A DNA stretch of 64,000 bases from an uncultured Actinomycetes bacterium (GTDB lineage Bacteria; Actinomycetota; Thermoleophilia; Gaiellales; Gaiellaceae). Below the pieces are notes generated by a model, which saw only the letters and a program-made list of their open reading frames with translations, made no database searches and was not told the origin of the DNA. The stretch lies in the NCBI GenBank assembly GCA_963841175.1, contig CAWJBN010000005.1, forward strand, positions 113,663 to 177,662, given 5' to 3'. Of the stretch, positions 29,663 to 41,709 are shown in pieces. Within the stretch, counting starts at the first letter, position 1. The number at the start of each line of letters is the position of its first letter. The translations under genes were made by a program, and so were the position numbers.

Positions 29663-30127
29663 CTAGTCCTCACCGTCCCAGTAGTCGAGGATCGGGCCCG
29701 GGCGGCTGAGGAGAATCCGCTCGCCAGCGACGCTGCGGGCTCCGACCTTCCCCGAGTCCGGGTACTCGACGAGATCCGGCCTGATGAGCGTCGAGAGCAT
29801 GAGGACGCGGATCGGCGCGTCGGTGCCGTTTCGCACCTGGTGCAAGCCCTCCTGGCCGCGCGGGAACGCGACGACGTCACCCTCGGCGAGCTCCTGCTCA
29901 CCCTCGTGCGTCCGCAGCGTCGGCCGGCCGCGAAGGACGATCATCCACTCCTCGTTCGCGTGATGCGTGTGGTACGGCCAGAGCTTGTCGCCGGGCTCGA
30001 GCTCGTACATGCTCCCGCCGATCAGCTCGGCGCCGATGTGCGCGCCGACCCACGCGTCCTTCGAGCGCCAGCCCTCGCGCTCCTCGACGCGATCCCACTC
30101 GTCGCCGTTCAGATTGAAGACCTTCAC
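29663..30127 (-). CDS. Cupin domain-containing protein
   Basis: 154 aa from GTG (VKVFNLNGDEW...) with a cupin motif PYHTHHANEEWMIVLRG...GDVVAFP. The GTG overlaps the TetR stop (GTGA). Confidence 0.8.
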   Translation of the reverse strand: MKVFNLNGDEWDRVEEREGWRSKDAWVGAHIGAELIGGSMYELEPGDKLWPYHTHHANEEWMIVLRGRPTLRTHEGEQELAEGDVVAFPRGQEGLHQVRNGTDAPIRVLMLSTLIRPDLVEYPDSGKVGARSVAGERILLSRPGPILDYWDGED

Positions 30128-30738
30128 GCGCGCGAGCCTACCGCGAGGCCGCCGAGCGCCAGCTCGACCACCGTCTGCTCGGCGCGCGCGACCTCCTCGT
30201 CTCCGGTGGGAAGCTGGCCGAGCACCCAGCCGGTCAGCACCTCCTCGAGGCCGCCGTACACGACCCAGCTCGCGAGACGCGCGTCGAGGTCGGTCCGGAA
30301 GGTGCCCTGGGCCTGGCCCTGCTCGATCACGCGCTGCACGATCGCGAACGCCTCGCGCACCTCGTCGACCTGCGCCTGCAGCTGCGGGCTGCGCGCGACG
30401 TCGCGGACCATGACCGTGACGAGGCCGGGGTCGTTGCGCCACGTGCGGAGGAGGATCTTCGCGATCGCCTCGAGCTTGTCGGCGGCGGGCTGGTCGGACG
30501 CCTCGACAGCGCGGAAGCGCGCGAGCAGCTCGCCGAAGTTTTCGCGGAAGATCGTCTCCAGCACCTCGTCCTTCGACGAGAAGTAGTGGTAGAGGAGCCC
30601 GTGGGCGACGCCGGCCTCGGCCGCGATGTCGCCGACGCGGGAGCCGTGGTAGCCCGAGCGCGCGAAGACGCGCACCGCCGCGTCGAGCAGCTGCTTCCGC
30701 TTTCCCTCCTGTGCCTGGGCGATTGAACCGTCAGTCAA
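30124..30738 (-). CDS. TetR/AcrR family transcriptional regulator
   Basis: 204-aa ORF. N-terminal HTH ...LLDAAVRVFARSGYHGSRVGDIAAEAGVAHGLLYHYF. Confidence 0.9.
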   Translation of the reverse strand: MTDGSIAQAQEGKRKQLLDAAVRVFARSGYHGSRVGDIAAEAGVAHGLLYHYFSSKDEVLETIFRENFGELLARFRAVEASDQPAADKLEAIAKILLRTWRNDPGLVTVMVRDVARSPQLQAQVDEVREAFAIVQRVIEQGQAQGTFRTDLDARLASWVVYGGLEEVLTGWVLGQLPTGDEEVARAEQTVVELALGGLAVGSRA

Positions 30739-30771
30739 CGCGTACCGAGGATAGAGATAGTCTCAGCCGGC

Positions 30772-31731
30772 TTGCAACCGCTCGAAGGAATCCTGGTCGT
30801 CGACTTCACGCGCTACCTCCCAGGTGCGTACGCGAGCCGGGAGCTGCTTCGGCTCGGCGCGCGCGTCGTGCACGTCGAGGCGCCGGGCGGCGACCCGATG
30901 CGCGAGACGGCACCGACCTGGGACGCGGCACTTCGCGCCGGCTCGGAGTCGGTCGTCTGCGACCTGAAGACGGACCTCCCGTTCGCGCAGGCGCTCTGCG
31001 CCCAAGCCGACGTCGTCCTCGAGAGCTTCCGACCGGGTGTTGCGGCGCGGCTCGGGATCGGTCCCGAAGACATGTCCGAGCGCGTCGTGTACTGCTCGAT
31101 CACGGGCTTCGGCCTCGGCGGGCCCCACGAGCAGCGTGCCGGTCACGACCTCAACTACCTCGGCTGGGCGGGTGTGCTCGAGGACACCGCGCCCGGCTGG
31201 CCGCCGGTGCAGGTCGCGGACCTCTCCGCCGGTGCGCTCGGCGCGGTCGTGCAGATCCTCGCGGCGCTCGTCGAGCGGTCGCGCACCGGCGTGGGCGCAC
31301 GACTCGTCGTGTCGATGACGCACGGCTCGCACGACCTCGTCGCGCACCGGCTCGGCGGCGAGCCCGTGCCCCGGCTCCTCACCGGCGGGCTCGCGTGCTA
31401 CCGCGTGTACGAGACGGCGGACGGGCGACACCTCACCGTCGGCGCGCTCGAGCCGAAGTTCTTCGCGCGGCTCGTCGAGGTCGTGGGCCGGCCGGAGCTC
31501 GCAGAGCGCCAGTACGGCGACGACCAGGAGGGCCTCGCGGCCGAGCTCCAGGCCGTCTTCGCTGAGCGTCCGCTCGCGGAGTGGCTCGAGATCTTCGACG
31601 GCGAGGACGTCTGCGTCGGGCCGGTGTGGACGCGCGCGGAGGCAACGCAGGAGTTCGCGCGCGAGGCGATCGGAACGCCTGCTGCGCTCGGCGAGCACAC
31701 CGACGCCTGGCGTCGCGAGCTCGGCGTCTAG
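30772..31731 (+). CDS. CoA transferase (family III, CaiB/BaiF-like)
   Basis: 319-aa ORF (TTG start). ILVVDFTRYLPGAYASRELLRLGARVVHVE and GHDLNYL motifs are present. Confidence 0.8.
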   Translation: MQPLEGILVVDFTRYLPGAYASRELLRLGARVVHVEAPGGDPMRETAPTWDAALRAGSESVVCDLKTDLPFAQALCAQADVVLESFRPGVAARLGIGPEDMSERVVYCSITGFGLGGPHEQRAGHDLNYLGWAGVLEDTAPGWPPVQVADLSAGALGAVVQILAALVERSRTGVGARLVVSMTHGSHDLVAHRLGGEPVPRLLTGGLACYRVYETADGRHLTVGALEPKFFARLVEVVGRPELAERQYGDDQEGLAAELQAVFAERPLAEWLEIFDGEDVCVGPVWTRAEATQEFAREAIGTPAALGEHTDAWRRELGV

Positions 31732-32411
31732 GTCGCGCTCGACAGCCCGAGCGCCGCCGGCAGCGCCAGCAGGGTGTCGATCCGGTCGGGCTCGTCGGGC
31801 CGCAGCTCGTCGCGGTCGAGGAGGATCGCGCGGATCCCGAGCGACCGCGCGCCCTCGATGTCGTCCTCGTAGGAGTCGCCGACCATCGCGGTCTCGTCCG
31901 GCTCGACTCCGAGCGCCTGCAACGCGGCGACGAAGATCGACGGGTGCGGCTTGATCCTCCCGTGCGCGCGCGAGCCGATCATGGCGTCCACCTCGAGCCC
32001 GTGGTGCACGACGAACTCCTCGAGATCGCGCTGGCCGTTCGTCACGAGCCCGATCATGAGGCCGTGACGCCGCAGCTCCTCGATCGCCGGCAGCGCGTCC
32101 TCGTAGAGCGCGAAGTTCTCGTGCCGCTCCCACTCGCGCACCATGTCGGTCGCGCACTCCCGCGCCCCGTCCGCGTCGCCGCCCATGCCGCGGACGATCT
32201 GCTCCGTGAACGCGATCCACACCTCGTCGTCGTGGACGAGGTCACGCTCGCGGCTCAGCGTCTCGATCGACGCGAGCCGCGCCTCCGCGTAGCGGCCGGG
32301 GTCGAGCGACAGCCCGTAGCGCTCGCCAAGGCGCCTGTACCCCTCGGGGCCGAGCTCGGGCCCGGGCCGAAAGAGCGTGAAGTCGACGTCGAAGAGAACA
32401 GCCCGCAGCAC
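31728..32411 (-). CDS. HAD family hydrolase
   Basis: 227-aa ORF with the DVDFTL motif I (DxDxT) and a C-terminal MVGDSYEDDIEGA motif. Confidence 0.8.
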   Translation of the reverse strand: MLRAVLFDVDFTLFRPGPELGPEGYRRLGERYGLSLDPGRYAEARLASIETLSRERDLVHDDEVWIAFTEQIVRGMGGDADGARECATDMVREWERHENFALYEDALPAIEELRRHGLMIGLVTNGQRDLEEFVVHHGLEVDAMIGSRAHGRIKPHPSIFVAALQALGVEPDETAMVGDSYEDDIEGARSLGIRAILLDRDELRPDEPDRIDTLLALPAALGLSSAT

Positions 32412-32490
32412 GGTTTTCGAGGATAGATGCGCTCAGGTCGCTGGGCCGGGAGGGGGGAAGTTGGGGGAACCGGGGTTCCCCCACATCCAA

Positions 32491-32564
32491 TCGGGGTGCC
32501 CAGATTTGAACTGGGGACCTCTCCGACCCGAACGGAGCGCGCTACCAGGCTGCGCCACACCCCG
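32491..32564 (-). tRNA. tRNA-Pro (anticodon CGG)
   Basis: Manual fold: CGGGGTG acceptor, GCGC D-stem, anticodon stem CTCCG/CGGAG with loop TTCGGGT (anticodon CGG), T-arm CCCAG-TTCAAAT-CTGGG, 3' CACCCCG and discriminator A. CCA is not encoded. Confidence 0.95.
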
Positions 32565-32602
32565 AGCGCGGACAGGGTAGCTACTCGGCACGCAAAACGG
32601 CG

Positions 32603-32632
32603 TTGCACGGCATCGCGGAACGCGGCTATGCT
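32603..32632 (+). promoter_or_regulatory. Candidate sigma-70-type promoter (TTGCAC-N18-TATGCT)
   Basis: Sequence inspection only. It would start a transcript at about 32639 that runs into the terminator at 32697-32735. Confidence 0.3.
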
Positions 32633-32696
32633 CACGGGGATGAGTGAAGGTCGTGAGGGACGGGTCGGTTGAGGCTCGTTCCACAAGGAAGGACCC

Positions 32697-32735
32697 GGCC
32701 CGACTCGCGCTTGCAGCGCGGCGGGCCTTTTTGTT
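32697..32735 (+). terminator. Intrinsic terminator (GC-rich stem + TTTTTGTT) inside the leader of the small HTH ORF
   Basis: GGCCCG-a-C-t-CGCGCT-tgc-AGCGCG-G-CGGGCC followed by TTTTTGTT. It has a U tract only in the plus orientation, and no plus-strand gene lies upstream within 900 nt. Confidence 0.6.
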
Positions 32736-32765
32736 GCCTGCGAACGAGCCACTAGGAGGTTCTCG

Positions 32766-32942
32766 ATGGCCAACCACCTGACGCCCGACGAGCTCGCCAA
32801 GGAGATGGGGATGGAACGCGAAGAGGTCATCCGCATCTGCGTCGAGGAAGGCGTGCCGATCTATCACGGCAAGATCGACAAGACGCTCTTCCAGGCTTCG
32901 CTCGAGGCGGTCGGGACGGCCACGTCTAGCGCGCGGACTTAG
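32766..32942 (+). CDS. Small (58 aa) helix-turn-helix protein (excisionase/MerR-like HTH guess), not in ORF track
   Basis: ATG preceded by AGGAGG at 7 nt. Translation is MANHLTPDELAKEMGMEREEVIRICVEEGVPIYHGKIDKTLFQASLEAVGTATSSART, with GC3-rich codons. It falls below the 60-aa track cutoff. Confidence 0.5.
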   Translation: MANHLTPDELAKEMGMEREEVIRICVEEGVPIYHGKIDKTLFQASLEAVGTATSSART

Positions 32943-32954
32943 CTTCACGCGCGC

Positions 32955-32974
32955 GGGCGAGGCAAGCCTCGCCC
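32955..32974. terminator. Hairpin between the convergent small HTH ORF and ku (copy 1 of an identical 18-mer)
   Basis: GGGCGAGGC-aa-GCCTCGCCC, 1 nt from the ku stop codon. The 18-mer GGCGAGGCAAGCCTCGCC recurs at 45678-45695. Confidence 0.5.
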
Positions 32975-32975
32975 C

Positions 32976-33833
32976 CTACGAAGCTTTTGCCCGACTGCGC
33001 GACTTCGGCTTCGCTGCCGGCTTCTTCTCGCTCTTGGCAGGCTTCTTCGCCGCGGCGACGCTCGCCTTGAGCGCCTCCATGAGATCGATCACCGGCGCCT
33101 CGACCTCGGGCTCCTCCGGGACCGCGATCTCCTCGCCGCGCGTCTTCGCCTCGAGCAGCGCGCGCAGGTCGCGGCGGTACTCGCTGTGCAGCTCGGACGG
33201 ATCGAAGTCGCCCTCGAGGCTCGCGATGATCTGCCGCGCGAGCTCGAGCTCCGGCTCCTTCACCTCGGACTCCTGCACGGCCTCGGTGATCTCGGCCGGC
33301 GAATAGACGTCCTCGGCGACGAACAGCGTCTCGAGCGTGAGCGCCTCGTCCTTCGCGCGCACGAGGCAGAGGCTCTCGCGGCCCGCGCGGACGAAGCGGC
33401 CGATGCCGGCGGTCTCCGTCTCCCGCATCGCCTCGAGCAGGAGGACGTACGGCCGTCGCTGCGCGGGCGTGGATCCGGGCACGAGGTAGTAGTGGCGGTC
33501 GAAGAAGATCGGGTCGACCGAGACCTGCGTCACGAAGCGGCGGATCTCGATCGAGCGCGAGTCGTCGTGGCGCTCGAGCGCCTCGAGGTCGGCGTCCTCG
33601 ACGATCACGAACTGGCCCTTCGTGAACTCGAACCCGCGGACGATCTCGTCCTGCGTGACCTCGCGGTCGTGCGTCGGGCACCAGCGCTTCTGCTTGATCG
33701 GCGTCGCGCACTCGCGGTGCAGGAGCCGGAAGGACACGTCCGACTGGCGTGCGGCCGGCTTCGTCGCCGGGGCGAGCCCGACGGGGATCGAGACGAGGCC
33801 GAAGCTGAGGGATCCGTTCCAGGAAGTTCTCAT
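32976..33833 (-). CDS. ku: Non-homologous end joining protein Ku
   Basis: 285-aa ORF. SWNGSLSFGLVSIPVGLAPAT N-terminus and a Lys-rich C-terminal tail are typical of bacterial Ku. Confidence 0.9.
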   Translation of the reverse strand: MRTSWNGSLSFGLVSIPVGLAPATKPAARQSDVSFRLLHRECATPIKQKRWCPTHDREVTQDEIVRGFEFTKGQFVIVEDADLEALERHDDSRSIEIRRFVTQVSVDPIFFDRHYYLVPGSTPAQRRPYVLLLEAMRETETAGIGRFVRAGRESLCLVRAKDEALTLETLFVAEDVYSPAEITEAVQESEVKEPELELARQIIASLEGDFDPSELHSEYRRDLRALLEAKTRGEEIAVPEEPEVEAPVIDLMEALKASVAAAKKPAKSEKKPAAKPKSRSRAKAS

Positions 33834-33861
33834 GGGAGAAGTCTAGGTACCGAGGGCCGGG

Positions 33862-35712
33862 TTGACGCAATTCGTCGCCCACGGGCAAACCCCTCTCAGT
33901 AAGCTCAGGATCGTGACCGAGACGGCATCGGCGGCTCCGGAGGCGACGCCCGCGAGCGGGCGACGCACGATCGCACGGCTCTGGCAGGACGCGGTGGCGG
34001 CGAAGCGCGCGACGCCTGCGTACCTCGTCGAGCAGGACGGAGGCTGGGCCGAGGTCTCGTGGGACGAGGCCGACGAGCGCGTCCAGGCCTACGCGAACGG
34101 CCTCCTCGCCCGTGGCGTGCAGAAGGGGGACGCGTTCGGGATCCTCGCGCAGAACGACGTCGACTGGGCGCTCATGGACTTCGCCCTCGCGCGCATCGGC
34201 GCGGTCGGGGTCCCGATCTACGCGAACAACGCGCCACGCGACGTCGGCTACCTGCTCGAGCACTCCGAAGCGGTCGGGGTCGTCTGCGCGGACGCGGACC
34301 AGCTCGCGAAGGTCGAGGCCGTTGCAGACGGCCTCCCGAACCTGAAGCACGTCCTCACCTTCCACGACCTCCCCGGCCTCGCCGCGCACGGGCGCGACTT
34401 CGCGACGTCGAATCCGAACGCCCTCGAGGACGCAACCGCCGCGATCGAGGAGGAGGACCTCTACACCATCATCTACACCTCGGGTACTACCGGCCCGCCG
34501 AAGGGCTGCATGCTGCGCCATCGCAACTACTACGCGATGACGAGCGTCGTCGACTCGATGGAGGACCACTACCGCGACGACGACCTGATGCTCCTCTACC
34601 TCCCGCTCGCGCACAACTTCGGACGCCTGATGCTGCTGACCGGCGCGTACGTCGGGTTCCCGATCGCGTTCCTGCCCGACCCGCTGCGCGTCGGCGAGGC
34701 GATGCTCGAGGTGCGCCCGACCGTGCTGCCGAGCGTACCCAGGGTGTACGAGAAGGTGTACTCCGCGGTGCAGGCGCGCTTCGACGAGGCAACGGGGACG
34801 AAGCGGAAGCTGATCGACTGGGCGCTGCCGATCGGGCGCGAGGTGAGCCGGCTCGAGGGAGCGGGAAAGCCCGTTCCGGCCGGGCTCCGCGCGCGCCACA
34901 AGGTCGCGGACCGGCTCGTGTTCGCGAAGGTCAAGGAGCGGCTCGGCGGGCGCCTGCGCATAGCCATCTCGGGCGGGGCCCCGCTGGCCCGCGAGATCGC
35001 GGAGTTCTTCGACGCGATCGGCATCCGCATCCTCGAGGGCTACGGCCTGACCGAGTGCACGACCGCAGCGAGCACGAACCGGCCCGCCAACTACCGCTTC
35101 GGGACGGTCGGCCGCGCGCTTCCCGGCTTCGAGGTCGAGCTCGCCGAGGACGGGGAGATCCTGGTCCGCAGCGAGACCGTGTTCCAGGGCTACTTCAAGG
35201 ATCCCGACGCGACCGCGGCCGTCGTGACGGAGGACGGCTGGCTCAGGACCGGCGACATCGGTGAGATCGACGAGGACGGCTACATCTCGATCACCGACCG
35301 CAAGAAGGACATTCTCGTCACCGCAGGCGGCAAGAACGTCGCCCCGCAGAACATCGAGAACGACCTGAAGACGTCGAAGTACGTGTCGCAGGCGCTCGTG
35401 GTCGGCGACCGCAAGCCGTACGTCGCCGCGCTGATCACGCTCGACGAGGTCGAGCTCGGACGCTGGGCCGGCGAGCAGGGCATCGAGGGCGACATCGCGA
35501 CGCTCGCGGGCGACGAGCGCGTCCGCGACCTGCTGCAAGAGGTCGTCGACGACGTCAACCGCGACCGCTCGCGCTACGAGCAGGTCAAGCGCTTCGTGCT
35601 CCTCCCGCGCGACTTCTCGATGGAGCACGGCGAGGTCACTCCGACGCTGAAGCTCCGGCGCCGCGCCGTGATCGAGCACTTCTCGGACGACGTCGAGAAG
35701 CTCTACTCGTAG
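33862..35712 (+). CDS. fadD: Long-chain fatty-acid--CoA ligase (AMP-dependent synthetase)
   Basis: 616-aa ORF (TTG; alternative GTG at 33913). AMP-binding motifs YTSGTTGPPKG and GYGLTE plus a C-terminal ...TPTLKLRR are present. Confidence 0.85.
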   Translation: MTQFVAHGQTPLSKLRIVTETASAAPEATPASGRRTIARLWQDAVAAKRATPAYLVEQDGGWAEVSWDEADERVQAYANGLLARGVQKGDAFGILAQNDVDWALMDFALARIGAVGVPIYANNAPRDVGYLLEHSEAVGVVCADADQLAKVEAVADGLPNLKHVLTFHDLPGLAAHGRDFATSNPNALEDATAAIEEEDLYTIIYTSGTTGPPKGCMLRHRNYYAMTSVVDSMEDHYRDDDLMLLYLPLAHNFGRLMLLTGAYVGFPIAFLPDPLRVGEAMLEVRPTVLPSVPRVYEKVYSAVQARFDEATGTKRKLIDWALPIGREVSRLEGAGKPVPAGLRARHKVADRLVFAKVKERLGGRLRIAISGGAPLAREIAEFFDAIGIRILEGYGLTECTTAASTNRPANYRFGTVGRALPGFEVELAEDGEILVRSETVFQGYFKDPDATAAVVTEDGWLRTGDIGEIDEDGYISITDRKKDILVTAGGKNVAPQNIENDLKTSKYVSQALVVGDRKPYVAALITLDEVELGRWAGEQGIEGDIATLAGDERVRDLLQEVVDDVNRDRSRYEQVKRFVLLPRDFSMEHGEVTPTLKLRRRAVIEHFSDDVEKLYS

Positions 35713-35716
35713 CCCG

Positions 35717-36898
35717 TTAGAGGATGCGGCGGGCGCCGACGAAGTCGCCCGAGCGCTCGGACATGTACGCGATCCGGACCACGTCGCCGGTATGCGGCGC
35801 GTGGATGAACTGGCCGCCGCCGATGTACATGCCCATGTGCCCGAGGCCGCTGAAGAAGACGAGGTCGGCGGGCTGGAGGTCGTCGTAGCCGACCGGGACG
35901 CCGTAGTTGTACTGAGACGCCGCGTGATGCGGCAGCGAGATCCCGATCTGCGCGTAGACGTACGAGGTGAGGCCCGAACAGTCGAACCCGGACGGGCTCA
36001 TTCCGCCCCAGACGTACGGCACTCCCAGGTACTGCAGCGCGATCGAGACCACCTGTGAGGCCCTCGTCCCGTCGGGCGGCGGCGCGACCGGGATGATCCC
36101 GGGGTCGTAGGTCGTCGTCGCGACGCTCGTCTGCGGCGCCGAAGCGGCCGCCTGCGCGGCGAGCTCGGCTGCCTGGGCGCGCGCGCGGGCCTGAGCGGCG
36201 AGCGCGGCCTGGCGGCGGCGCTCGGCCTCCTGGAGCTGGACGATCTCCTGCTTGACCGACTCGTACAGCGCCTGCCGCTCCGCGAGCTGGCCCTCGATCG
36301 AGGCCTTCTGGCTCGCACGCTCGTCGACGATCCGCACCTGGTCGGCTCGCGACTCCCTGAGCGACTTGCGATGGGCCTCGACCTCGGCCTTGTAGCGCTT
36401 GACCTCGTTGAGGATGCGGGCGTCCTGGCTCGACACGCGCTGGATCGCCTCGACCCGCGCGATGATGTCGTCGAGGCTGCGCGAGCCGAGGAGGACCTCG
36501 AGCGTCGAGTCGCCGTCGCCCTTGACGTAGAGGTCGCGAAGTCGCTTCGCGATGCGCTTCTGCGAGACCTTGAGGCTCTTCCGCGCGGCGACGAGGTGCC
36601 GCGCGTTCTTGTCGAGATCGACGTCGATCCGGTCGAGCTCGACGTTGGCGTAGTTGTACGCCTCGATCGCGACCGCGAGGCTCTGGTCGAGCGAGTCGAG
36701 CTCGGCGAGGATCGCCTGCGCCTGGGCCTGTTTGTCGCGAACTCCGGGATCGGCGGAGGCCGGTCCAACGGCGAACGCGAGCAGCACGGCGAGTGCCGCG
36801 AGAAGGACGACTATCGGCGTCCATCCGGCTGTCGAGCCCCCAATTCCAATCCCGCGTCGACTCCGGACAGACCCGCCGGTGGCGGTCTGGCCCGTCAC
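35717..36898 (-). CDS. NlpC/P60 (C40) family peptidoglycan endopeptidase with coiled-coil N-terminal domain (RipA-like)
   Basis: 393-aa ORF with a signal peptide, long coiled-coil and a C-terminal YVWGGMSPSGFDCSGLTSYVY catalytic Cys region. Confidence 0.85.
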   Translation of the reverse strand: MTGQTATGGSVRSRRGIGIGGSTAGWTPIVVLLAALAVLLAFAVGPASADPGVRDKQAQAQAILAELDSLDQSLAVAIEAYNYANVELDRIDVDLDKNARHLVAARKSLKVSQKRIAKRLRDLYVKGDGDSTLEVLLGSRSLDDIIARVEAIQRVSSQDARILNEVKRYKAEVEAHRKSLRESRADQVRIVDERASQKASIEGQLAERQALYESVKQEIVQLQEAERRRQAALAAQARARAQAAELAAQAAASAPQTSVATTTYDPGIIPVAPPPDGTRASQVVSIALQYLGVPYVWGGMSPSGFDCSGLTSYVYAQIGISLPHHAASQYNYGVPVGYDDLQPADLVFFSGLGHMGMYIGGGQFIHAPHTGDVVRIAYMSERSGDFVGARRIL

Positions 36899-37071
36899 AA
36901 GTCGGGGAGCCTAGCAGCCTCATCGGACGCCTGCAACCGAGAACTGACGCCAAAATCTCTGCAAAGAGGCACATTCTCAAACACGTTCACTCACGCGTCG
37001 TTAGAGCCAATCCCCGGGCGTGGGTGAGGGCGTCCAGGTGCCTAGCTGGCCGCCTGGCTAGGCTGCCGCGG

Positions 37072-40998
<3,927 letters not shown>

Positions 40999-41709
40999 GG
41001 CGGCGCGGTCAGCCCCGCCTCCTCGCGCGGGCGGCCCTCGAGCAGCTCCGCCATCCGCTCGGGCGCCGCCGGCCCCAGTTCGAGCATCGTCCCGACGAGG
41101 GTCCGCACCATGTGCCGGAGGAAGCTGTCGGCGGTGATCGTGAACTCGAGGCGGTCGCCGTCAGGCTGCCAGGCAGCCGCCCGAACGTCGCGCACGGAGG
41201 TGTCGTGCCGCGTGTCGGTCGGCGTGAACGCGCGGAAGTCGTGCTCGCCGGAGAGCAGCGCGGCCGCCGCGGTCAGCGCCTCGACATCTACCCGCCGTGG
41301 CCACCAGAGAGCCCGCCGCGCTTCCAGCGGCGACCGCGGGCGCCCCGCCAGCACCCGAAAGCGGTACGACGCGACTCTGCGCGGAGAACCGCGCGTGGAA
41401 GCCCTCGCCCGCCTCCTCGGCGGCGAGAACGGCGACGTCCTCGGGAAGCGCCGCGGTGAGCGCATCGGCGGCATTCTCGACCGGCGGCCCGCCCTCGACC
41501 TCGACGCTCGCGACCTGCCCCGTCGCGTGGACTCCGGCGTCGGTGCGTCCCGCAACCGCAAGTCCGTCCCAGCGCGGAAACACCGTGTCGAACGCGTCGC
41601 GGATGACTCCCTCGACCGTGCGCTCGCCGGGCTGGCGGGCCCAGCCGCGGAACCCGGTGCCGTCGTACTCGAGTGTGAGCTTGAGGATCACGCGTGCGAG
41701 GATGAGCCT

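Noticed and set aside
32427-32672. The 81-aa plus-strand ORF, and the minus-strand ORFs 32255-32836 and 32433-32948, covering the tRNA-Pro region.
   Set aside because: They run through a bona fide tRNA gene and the structured leader and have no coding signature. A 10-codon peptide (MSEGREGRVG) at 32640-32672 could be a leader peptide, but nothing supports it.
31728-32942. An integrative element at tRNA-Pro, suggested by the tRNA plus an excisionase-like small HTH ORF.
   Set aside because: No integrase or recombinase lies within reach. I saw no direct repeat of the tRNA 3' end. The HTH ORF lies on the 5' side of the tRNA, whereas elements insert at the 3' side. The genes on the 3' side (HAD, CoA-transferase, TetR) look chromosomal.
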